From positions 8,740,566 through 8,802,565 of the forward strand of contig NC_057754.1 in NCBI RefSeq assembly GCF_004010195.1: DNA of 62,000 nt, read 5' to 3'. This DNA comes from Chiloscyllium plagiosum (taxonomy: Eukaryota). How positions within the stretch are numbered: position 1 is the stretch's first letter; the number at the start of each line of letters is the position of its first letter. The translations under genes were made by a program, and so were the position numbers. Of this stretch, positions 12,473 to 22,320 are shown in pieces. The notes under the pieces are model-generated. The model had not been told where the DNA came from. It worked only from the letters and a program-made list of their open reading frames with translations, and made no database searches.

Positions 12473-12770
12473 GGGCAGGACGGTGGTTCAGTGGTTAGCA
12501 CTGCTGCCTCACAGCACCAGGGTCCCAGGTTTGGTTCCAGCTTTGGGCAACTGTCTGTTTGGAGTTTGCACATTCTCATCATGTCTGTGTGGGTTTCCTC
12601 CCACACTCCAAAGATGTGCAGGCCAGGTCAATTGGCCACGCTAAATTGCCCATAGTGTTAGGTGCTTAGTCAGAGGGGAATGGGACTGGGTGGGTTACTC
12701 TTCAGAGGGTTGGTGTGGGCTTGTTGGGCCAAAAGGTCTGTTTTCACACTGTAGGGAATCTAATCTGATC
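12473..12770 (+). mobile_element. HE1/V-SINE
   Basis: tRNA-like head GGTGGTTCAGTGGTTAGCACTGCTGCCTCACAGC, V-domain GGAGTTTGCACATTCTC, AATCT tail. Confidence 0.92.
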
Positions 12771-12867
12771 ATTTTCTTCTGAAAGTATCACTGTTTCTCG
12801 CCTCTGGATAAGGTGATAAAGAAGGCATATTGTAGGCTTCCCTTCATCACTTGGGGCATTGAATATA

Positions 12868-13049
12868 AGGTTGAAAAGGGTGGCGCTGGAAAAGCACAGC
12901 AGGTCAGGCAGCTTCCGAGGAATGATGAAGGGGTTATGCTTGAAACGTTGACCCTCCTGCTCCTCGGATGCTGCCTTAGCTGCTTTGCTTTTCCAGCAAC
13001 ACCTTTATCAACCCTGCCTCTCCAGCGTCTGCAGTCCTCACTTTCTCCT
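12868..13049 (+). mobile_element. Penelope family A mini-element (inverted arm, hammerhead remnant, tail)
   Basis: GCTGGAAAAGCACAGC...inverted against GCTTTGCTTTTCCAGC; TGATGAAGGGGTTATGCTTGAAACGTT at 12923-12949. Confidence 0.85.
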
Positions 13050-13252
13050 AGAGTTGAGTATAGAAGTTGCAAGTTGTGATGCAGCTATGTAAGACTTCAG
13101 TTCGGCGTATTGTGAGCAGTGCTGGTCGCCAGACGATCAGAAGAATATGGAGGCTTTGGAGAGGGTGCAAAAGAGATTTACCAGGACGTTGCCTGGATTA
13201 GAGTGTATGAGCTATAAGGAGAGGTTGGACAAAAGTTAATTGTTTTCACCAC

Positions 13253-14752
13253 GCGGAGATCCAAGATGGCGGCAACTCAGCAAGTCTGAGTTTATAGTGC
13301 TCCTCCCAAGACCTAGGCAAAGTGGGCCACCCTCCTCCACCACACTCATCAAATCAATTAAAAATAGTTTTTACTTAATGCAATTAGTGGTTTAGCACTA
13401 AATTTAAACAGTTCAGTCTCCCGTAAAACTGACTAGGGGGAAAGGAGCCTGCAGTTCTCAGCACGCAGGAGCCCCTCCCCCACCCTCCCCAGCTGCAGCA
13501 GAGGTGTCCGCAGCTGCCCCGAGGGACTTACCTATGGTGGCGAGCCTCGCGGAAATAATCTCCAAACTCGATGCGAAGATCGATGCTTTCATTGAAGAGT
13601 CCCGAAGTCGATGGAATTCATTCTTGGCTGCGCTACAAAAGCTTGGCCGAGACATTGAAGCAATTAAATGCCGAGTCGGAGGGGCGGAGCTAAAGGCCGC
13701 GACCTCCGAGGCCATTGCAGAATCGGCCATTGAGAATCGAGGTCGGCGAAAAAATATTCGTTTGCTGGGCCTTCCCGAACGGGAAGAAGAAGGCCAGCTT
13801 ACAAGGTTCCTTGAACAGTGGTTTCCGCAGTTGTTGAATCTGGAGGCTGCATCAGGCCAGGTAAGGGTGGACTGGGCCTACCGGGTTGCAATACGCGGGC
13901 CCGGCTCGAACCAGCGCCCCCGCCCCGTCCTGTTCCGGCTGCAGAGCTATAAGGTGAGGCTACCTTATCTTATTTTATCTTTGTCCTTGGCAGCGGGGTT
14001 GTTTTCCCCTGTTATTTTGTATTAATATATTTAATTGTTATTTGCTGAGACTGTAATTTTATAGTCATATATGTCCATATATGGTATTAACATTACCAAA
14101 TATATCCAGGTGTTGTTGTGGGTGGGGGGGGATAGGATACTCACTGTTAGTTCTAGTTCAGCAGTATACTTGAATTTTCTTTATCCTATTGTGGGGTGCC
14201 TGGGTCAAGGGTGGGACACTGGTTGGGAGAGGTTATGATGGGTTTCTTAGAAAGGAAGTGATGCCCCCTGCGAATAAGGGGGAAGATCTCCGTTTAAATA
14301 CATTGTATACTTTTTTTTACTATTTAGAAATAATTTTTTTTATTATATTGATCTGAATGTACTAAAGAACTTTTATTTTTGTGAATTTTATATGCTCTAT
14401 GCTCGGGATGTTTTGGATAAATACGGGTTTTGTCGTGATCTGATGTTAACACATGCCGAGCATGTATATCACTGCTCAATTTATGTGTTATCCATTGGGG
14501 GTTTTTTTCTCTTGAATAATGTAAGAATTTTAATGATACGCTCTGGTTAGTTGTAAGTTAGATGAGTAGTTAGTTGAGTTTTGTCTTTTTTTTCTCTTAG
14601 TATTTCTATTTTGTTGTTTGATAGATTTTGTTTATCATTTATTTAAGACTTAACTGTATGTCAATGTTTATACTTGGGTTTTTTTTTGGTTTTCTTTTGT
14701 AAACTTGTAAGAACATGTTAAATTTTCAATAAAAATATCTATTAAAAAAAAA
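13253..14752 (+). mobile_element. Internally deleted L1-clade element carrying only partial ORF1 (HAL1-like)
   Basis: ORF1 motifs ENRGRRKNIRLLGLPE, VDWAYRV, RPRPVLFRL; 5' CAAGATGGCGGC at 13262; AATAAA at 14728 plus poly(A); TSD TTTTCACCAC at 13243-13252 and 14753-14762. Confidence 0.88.
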
Positions 14753-15105
14753 TTTTCACCACAGCATCGGATGCTGAGGAGTGACCTAATAAAATAATGA
14801 GAAGCATGGGCAGGGTGGATAGCTGGGAGTCTTTTTTCTGGGCGGAAATGTCAAATACTAAGGGGTTTAAGGTGAGGTTGGGGGTGGGTGGGGGGGGGGA
14901 GGGATGTAGTTTAAAGTTGATGTGTGAGGCAAGATTTTTACACAGAGGGTGGTAGGTGCCTGGAAGACACTGCCAGGGTGGGTGGTGGAAGCAGATACTA
15001 GTCACCGATCACCAACCAGAAAAGCACTCACTTATCCCCACTCTTTGCTTCCCGTTAACCGATCCTCTATCCATGCTAATACATTCCCCGTAATGCTGTG
15101 CATCT

Positions 15106-16350
15106 TTAGAACATAGAACAATACAGTGCAGAACAGGCCCTTCGGCCCTCGATGTTGCACCGACCTGTGAACTAATCTAAGCCCATCATCATCCATGTGG
15201 TTATCCAAGGATTGTTTAAATGCCCCTAATGTGGCTGAGTTAACTACTTTGGTAGGCAGAGCATTCCACGCCCTTAACACTCTTTGAATAAACCTGCCTC
15301 TGACATCTGTTTTAAATCTATCGCCCCTCAATTTGTAGCTATGCCGCCTCGTACAAGCTGATGTCATCATCCGAGGAAAAAGACTTTCACTGTCTATCTG
15401 ATCTAATCATCTGATCATCTTATATGCCTCAGTCAAATCCCCTCTTAGTCTTCTTCTTTCCAATGAGAACAGATGCAAGTCTCTCAGCCTTTCCTCATAA
15501 GACCTTCCCTCCAGACCAGGCAACATCCTGGTAAATCTTCTCTGCACCTTTTCCAGTGCTTCCACATTCTTCCTGTAATGGGGTGACCAGAACTGTACAC
15601 AATATTTCAAGTGCGGCCGCACTAGCATTTTGTACAGTTGCAGCATGACATTCCAGCTCTGGAACTCCAGCAATAAAACCTAACACACTGTATGCCTTCT
15701 TAACAGCACTATCAACCTGGGTGGCAACTTTCAGGGATCTATGTAAATGAACTCCAAGATCCCTCTGCACATCCACATTATCAAGAATCTTTCCATTGAC
15801 CCAGTATTTTGCCTTCCTGTTATTCTTCCCAAAGTGCATCACCTCACATTTAGCTGCATTGAACTCCATTTGCCACCTCTCAGCCCAATTCTGCAGTTTA
15901 TCCAAGTCCACCTGCAACCTGTAACATTCTTCCAAACTGTCCACTACTCCACCAACTTTAGTGTCATCTGCAAACTTACTAACCCATCCACCTATGCCAG
16001 CATCCAAGTCATTTATAGAAATGACAAACAGCAGTGGTGCAAAAACAGGCACACCACTAGTAACCAGACTCCAGGCTGAATATTTTCCATCAACCACCAC
16101 TCGCTGCCTTCTCACAGAGATCCAGTTTCTAATCCAAACTGCTAAATCACCCTCAATCCCATGCCTCTGCATTTTCTCCAATAGCCTACCATGTGCAACC
16201 TTATCAAAGGCTTTACTGAAGTCCATGCGCACCACATCAACTGCCCTACCCTCATCCATATGCTTGATCACCTTCTCAAAAAACTCAATGAGATTTGTGA
16301 GACATGACCTGCCCTTGACGAAACCATGTTGACTATCACCAATCAAATTT
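15106..16350 (-). mobile_element. CR1 LINE RT to 3' tail
   Basis: ORF 15495-16346 [15 protein letters not shown]...SKFADDTK; AGAACAT tail repeat. Confidence 0.94.
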
Positions 16351-16380
16351 ATTCGTCTGACTAGAAAGCACAGGGTGGAA

Positions 16381-16849
16381 CATTACACTTATCCTGAGGT
16401 AACTGTGCAGGCATGATGCACAGCAGCCTTGGCAGGGGGAGGCAGTGCCCCCCTGACGCTGCGGTGAAGGTGTACAGGAAGGTGGTATTCTTGCCTGTCG
16501 ACCCTCTGCAGGTCGTCGTTAAAAGGTTATTTTATCGAACATCCCACCCCTTTGTGCCATCTAAGCTCCACCTCCCCCAGTGCTGGGAGATGAGGTCAGG
16601 CGTGATGCTGCCTCAGACACACTTACTCCTTCTGGCGACAGCCAGGCCCTAGCAGGATGTAGGGTTCGAGCTCTGGTCAGGTGGAGGGGTGGGGAACCGC
16701 TGAAGGAAATGCCAAGTCTCCGTGGGGCCACAGTTGGCACCATTGGCCCTGCCCTCACACCTTCGCCACAGCGTCAGGGGGGCACTGCCTCCCCCTGCCA
16801 AGGCTGCTGTGCATCATGCCTGCACGGTTATCTCAGGATAAGAGTAACG
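16381..16849. repeat. 93-bp inverted repeat (arms 16381-16473 and 16757-16849) in an unassigned GC-rich segment
   Basis: Manual alignment gives 6 mismatches in 93 nt; 283-bp spacer. Confidence 0.9.
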
Positions 16850-17169
16850 ATACTGGAGACACACCCACTTCCCAGGAACTGGAAGGCCCCAAGGTGCTGC
16901 CCGCGCTGACTGGGGTCTGCAGTGGGGATAGTTACCCTGAGGACACCCTGGATGGTAGTAATGAAGGAGCAGGCCTCCTTACTTCCTCCCTGGCCTCTAT
17001 TTTGAGCACCTTCAACTGATGCTGGGAGCATAACAGGTTTCCGAACAGCTGCCACCAATGGGGCCCGATGTTCTCGTCAACATTTTACTCAGGTCTGGAT
17101 CAACCCAAGACTTGGAGGTCCCTACAAAGGATCCTCCTGCTAGGACTGGGGTGGGGGGGGGGGTGGTTT

Positions 17170-17580
17170 CAGTTATAGGGAGAGGCTGAATAGGCTTGGA
17201 AGTCTTTCCCTGGAGAGCCAAAGGTTGAGGTGTGACCTTGTCGATATTATAAAACCATGAGGGGCATGCATAAGCTGGATAGCCAAGGTCTTTTCCCCAG
17301 AGTAGGGGAGTCCAGAACTAGAGAGCAGAGGTTAAAGGTGAGAGGGGAAAGAGTTATAGGGGCAACTTCTTCTCACAGAGGGTGGTGCATGTATGGAACG
17401 AGCTGCCAGAGGAAGTGGTGGAGGCTGGTACAATTACATTTAAAAGACATTTGGATGAGTATATGAATCGAGAGATATGGGCTGGCAAATGGTACTAGAT
17501 TAATTGAGGATATGTGGTCGGCATGGCCGGATTTGACCGAAGAGTCTGTTTTCATGTTGTACAACCCTATGACTGTTAAG
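17170..17580 (+). mobile_element. CR1 3' fragment
   Basis: MRGMHKLDSQGLFPRVGESRTR; CTATGACT tail. Confidence 0.88.
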
Positions 17581-17949
17581 TCCGATTGTGTTGCCTGATT
17601 GGCGTGTATGAGTTAGACTAAAGGGTCTGTTTCTGTGCTGTGTGAATCTATAACTGAGATGAGGAGGAATTTCTTCAACCAGAAGGTGGAGTTAATGTGT
17701 GGAACCCATCGTCATGGAGGATAAGTCACTGAGTGTGTGTTAGACAGAGATAGGATTGGTTAGGAGAAGTGTTCCAGGGAGAAGGCAGGAGAGGGGGGGG
17801 TTGAGAAACTTATCAGTCATGATCAAATGGTGGAGCGTGCTCAATGGGCTGAATATCCTAATTCTGCTCCTACATCTTATGGTCTTATGCATAAGTTCTC
17901 TGTTCACAAGGATTCAACAGGTTGTCCAACCTACAGAGACAGAATGATA

Positions 17950-18655
17950 CCTACACCAAGTAAAAAGCATGAAGGTTATGGACCGTGGGAAGGAATTAAT
18001 TTCCCTGTCAAAGCTGGAACGTTATCATTGCAGTCACACTGGGACAGACCATTCACCTGCTCCACCTGCAGGAAGGGATTTATTCAATGTGTTGGCACAC
18101 AGCAAGTTCAAATTGGAGAGTGGCAATTTAACATTTACTGTGACTTTTCTGTGTTTATTTTACAGGGTATTAGAAGGGGAGATGGGGGACACAAAATAAA
18201 CTAACAATTCATACATCTGATGGAAAATGTCACAGCCCATTGGCTGTCTGTAACTATTTACAGTTTGTGTATAACTTTGCACATGTAAATGGTACAGGAT
18301 ATGATTAAATATCAGTTCATTCACGCTGACAAGTTTGTCAATCCAAGTCTTCAAATAATATTCAATGAAAAAGCATCCACAACCCTCAGGATTGAGAATT
18401 CCAAAAGTTCACAGCCCTTGGAAGAAATCTGTCTCAGTGGGAAATGATCCAATCATCCCTCCTTATTTAACACAGGAGAGACCTATCTCCTCCTTGTGTA
18501 GGAAGGGGTTTGGATTCATCCAGTTTAATTACTTACTCACTTTGTGCAGGGTAAGGATTTGAAGTGAATCTTACAACTTGCTGAAACATCCCCACATTAA
18601 TACTGGGAAGAGACCTTCACCTGCTTTAGTGTGGGAAGAGATTTGCACAATCATA
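17950..18655 (+). pseudogene. Heavily decayed C2H2 zinc-finger relics
   Basis: SHTG..PFTCSTCRKGFIQ; acceptor TTTATTTTACAG/GGTATTAGAAGGGGAG at 18165 homologous to the other ZNF exon starts; LLKH.HI.TGK.PFTC at about 18580-18650. Confidence 0.7.
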
Positions 18656-18660
18656 AAGAA

Positions 18661-18950
18661 TTATAGAATCCCTACAGTGTGGAAACAGGTCCTTCGGCCC
18701 AACGAATCCACGCTGACCCTCTGAAGAGTAACCCACCCAGACCCATTCCCCCATCCTATTTTTCCTATATTTACTCCTGATTAATCCACCTCACTGACAC
18801 ATCCCTGAACACTATGGGCAATTTAGCATGGCCAATCCAGCCTAAGCTGCACATCTTTGCATTGTGGGAGGAAACTGGAGCACCCAGAGGAAACCCACGC
18901 AGACACAGGGAGAATGTGCAAAGTCCACACAGTCTAACCATCGTGCCACC
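18661..18950 (-). mobile_element. HE1/V-SINE (internal deletion in head)
   Basis: Reverse complement of the HE1 body and tail. Confidence 0.9.
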
Positions 18951-19744
18951 CATCTCACTTGCTGGCACACACCAGTGAGCATATTAGATTCCACGGCTCC
19001 TTGCATCTTCTGTCAGTTTTGGCTGTTAAATTACTTGTGTAACTAAGCTGCAGCATAACGTTTTTGATATCTGCCAAATGATTCAGAATTTTTGGGTGGA
19101 AGCACATGACACTGGTGTAGGCCATTCAGCCCATCGAATCTGTCTTGACCATTCAGTACGATCATGGTTGATCTTTGGCTTCAACCCCCTTTCCCACCTG
19201 CTCCCATATCCTTGGATTGTCTGACAGAGCAAACATCTTGTCAACGCAGCATCCACAAACCTCTGGATCGAGAATTCCAAAGATCCACAACTTTTGGAAG
19301 AAAGCTGTCCTCCTCTCAGTCCTAACTTATCAGCTCCTTATCCTCAGACTGAGAGCCCCATAATCTAAACGCCCCAGCCAAGGGAAGCAATCTCAATATC
19401 TACCTTATCAAGCCCCTTCAGAACCTTGCATGCTTTGATCAGACCACACTTCATTCTCCTAAACCCAAGAACGTAGACCCAATTCTGTCATCAGAAGACA
19501 GCCCATAAACTCTATTTTCTCTTCGCAGATGTTGTCAGACTTGCTGAGTTTCACCAGCAGTTTTGGTTGCTTATTTCAGATCTCCAGCATCCACAGTTCT
19601 GTTTTATTCTCATGTTCTAAATTCCTCCGTGATAAGTGGAGATCAATTGATGTTCTTTGAGCATTCCATTTCTGTCCTTTCTAACCCTAGATTCTTTACA
19701 TCCTCAAATGTTTGCTTACTCTATAAGTCTCTGCTCCCTGCACC

Positions 19745-20026
19745 TTGAACCCAGGAGCATACCCACGCAGACCTGCCCTATCCCTGCATTTTTCATGGCT
19801 AACCCACCTAGCCTGCACATCCTGGCTACTATGGGCAATTTAGCATGGCCAATCCACCTAAACTGCACATCTTTGGACTGTGGGAGGAAACCAGAGCACC
19901 CAGAGGAAGTGCACACAGACACGGGGAGAACATGAAAACTCCACACAGTCACCCGAGAATGGAAGTAAACCCAGGTCTCCAGTGCTGTGAGGCAGCAGTG
20001 CTCACCACTGAGCCACCATGTGGTCC
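19745..20026 (-). mobile_element. HE1/V-SINE
   Basis: Reverse complement of the HE1 head and V-domain. Confidence 0.88.
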
Positions 20027-20044
20027 ATTTTGGGTTTTTTTTAA

Positions 20045-20172
20045 GGCCGACACAGTGGCTCAGTGGTTAGCATTGCTGCCTCATGTCACTAGGAGCCCAA
20101 GTTCAAATCCAGCCTCGGGTGACTGGCTGTGTGGAGTTTGCACATTCTCCTCATGTCTGCGTGGGTTTCTTC
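20045..20172 (+). mobile_element. HE1/V-SINE 5' half, head-to-head with the previous copy
   Basis: GTGGCTCAGTGGTTAGCATTGCTGCCTCA...GGAGTTTGCACATTCTCC. Confidence 0.88.
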
Positions 20173-21064
20173 TAGCTACTCCAGTTTATAATTGTGCCAC
20201 TGGTAAACAGGCTCATGTGAACTTTGCCACTTGCTATTTTAATGTAGAATTTGAACAATTTATTTTGAACACGTTTATTTTAATGGGATTAATACTTGCT
20301 TCAAAACACCCGATAGTTTAGAAACGTCATTTCACTTCCAGTTAGGAACAACCAGTTTTACACCAATTTCTGATTTGACAGCCCATTTCCAGTATTCACC
20401 TGTGTTTTTCTGGACTCTAAACACAGTTGTAGATGAACTTCTGTTCAGTGTCTCGGGACTTGAACTTTGGGACAGTGACTGGGACACCTTTCTTACCAAT
20501 CTCAAGATTAATCCACATAAGGATGTTGCTGTCAGTGAAGAGAGAGAGATGAGCAAGACTCATGCCCACCCCGCACAATGTGTCCAGGTTGTAGTTGTGG
20601 TCCTTCTATACTGTGGAAGAATTTGACCAGAATTGACACAAAACTGTGTGGAAACCATTTTTGTCACAAAGCAATTTGATAACAAGACCTTGCAGCTACA
20701 GATTATCTCCCGCAGTGACAGCACCTGGTCAGTCTCATTGAATGCTTATTATTTTAACGCCCTATAATCCTGACATTTAAATAAACCGTTCAAGGCTTGA
20801 GCGAGAGGGATGTATGGGTACAGTTTCACCCAGCAGTTATAGCAGGGAAGCAGTAGAGGCAGTTGACCGGATTAGCTCAATCTTAGTGACAAAGAAGATC
20901 CATTAATTCCTTACACTTACAGTTGTCAGTGCAGATGCTGAAACCAGGGGAGCTCTACAAAAAGGAACTGACTCAGACTGGGGATGTGAAAAAGATTCTC
21001 TACCCTGCCCTTAACGCAAAGCTGACTGATCTGACGTTTGTTCAGAGTACTGGTGTGTATCACT

Positions 21065-21250
21065 CGGCTGGGGCTGAAATAAAATCAGCAGGTCTGGCAG
21101 CAGCCAGAACTAGTTCTGAAAAAGGGTCACGAGATATGAACTATTAACTCTCTTTCTTGCTCTCTGCAAACCTGCTGTATTTCACCGGCTATTTAACGTT
21201 TTTGTTTGGATCGGATCTCCAGCATCTGCAGCATCTGCAGTTCTTCGTTT
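21065..21250 (+). mobile_element. Old Penelope-type terminal repeat (family D) with decayed hammerhead
   Basis: Inverted arm followed by TTCTGAAAAAGGGTCAC...TTAACTCT...CTCCAGCATCTGCAG; related to 1990-2100, 19505-19610, 28137-28270 and 46750-46978. Confidence 0.6.
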
Positions 21251-21304
21251 GAGCTTGACAGTTCAAACAGGATCGTGATTGACTGCAAAATCCTGCCACT
21301 GTAG

Positions 21305-22272
21305 TTACTCGTGACCTCGCTGGTGTCTCAGCAGGTCAGATGACTGAGTGAATCCCTTCCCACACTAGTGACCGGCCTCTCCCCTGTGTGGGCCCGCTGG
21401 TGCACACTGAGTTGAGACGATCATCTGAACCCAGCTCCACGGTGACAGCAGCTGAACGGTTTCTTCTGAGCATGGGTCATCAAGTCCCCAGAACTTCTGT
21501 AGCACCCCCCCACACTGCAGACATTTAAAGGGCCTCTCAGTGTGCATCCTGTTGCTGTTTCAACAGGGCGAATGACTGAGTGAATCCCTTCCCACACAAG
21601 GAACAAGTGAACAGACTCACCCCAGTGTGAACCCAATAGTGGCTCAACAGGATGACTGACTGAATCCCTGCCCACAGTCGGAGCAGGTGAACAGTATCTC
21701 TCCGGTGCGACTCCACCGCTGCGCAGTGAGTTGAGAGGACTGCCCGAAGGCAGTCCCACAGTGGGAGCACTGGAATGGCCTCTCATCAGTGTGGACACCT
21801 CTGCAGGACATCAGCACCCTGGTACCTTTGAAGCACTTCCCGCAGTCCGAGCAAGTAAAAGCTTGCTTCTCCGTGTGGACTCTCTCATGTCCCAGCTGGT
21901 GGGATAACTGACTGAACCCTTTCCCATACTTGGAAAAGGCAAACAGCTCCTCCTCGGTGTGACTGCGCCAATGCCCTTCCAAGTCAGATGGATACCCTCT
22001 TCCCGCAGTTCAGCCGCTTCTCCGGGGTGTGACAGCAAGGCCAGGTGAATGCTTGGAGGCTGTTTGTCCACACACAGAACACGTGTACGCTCTCTACTCA
22101 CTGTGAACTGTACTTTCTCCTTCCATCCTCAACAAGGGTCTGTTTCCATGCTGTACATCTCTATGACTCTATATCCAATGATATTTAAGTCATGATAAAT
22201 TGGGTGTCTGTCAGATCCTGACGTGGAGTTTGATCTCAGCTTCCAGATTGCAAGTCCACCCCTTCTACCACC
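21305..22272 (-). pseudogene. C2H2 zinc-finger terminal exon, multiply frameshifted (ZNF-B)
   Basis: Fingers spread over several frames ([44 protein letters not shown]) with lost Cys/His; exon start homologous to ZNF-A/C but acceptor AG missing. Confidence 0.88.
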
Positions 22273-22320
22273 GAGAAAACTAATTTAAAACAGAAAAAAG
22301 GCACACTGTGAAATTGAATT

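Larger units (their letters stand above)
12800..15000 (+). mobile_element. CR1 3' fragment hosting a Penelope mini-element and an L1 derivative
   Basis: CR1 sequence at 12800-12867, 13051-13252 and 14753-15000 is collinear. Confidence 0.82.

Noticed and set aside
12473..12545. tRNA genes at HE1 heads (13-14 copies in the window)
   Set aside because: A/B-box heads run directly into the SINE body and CR1-type tail; they are SINEs, not tRNAs
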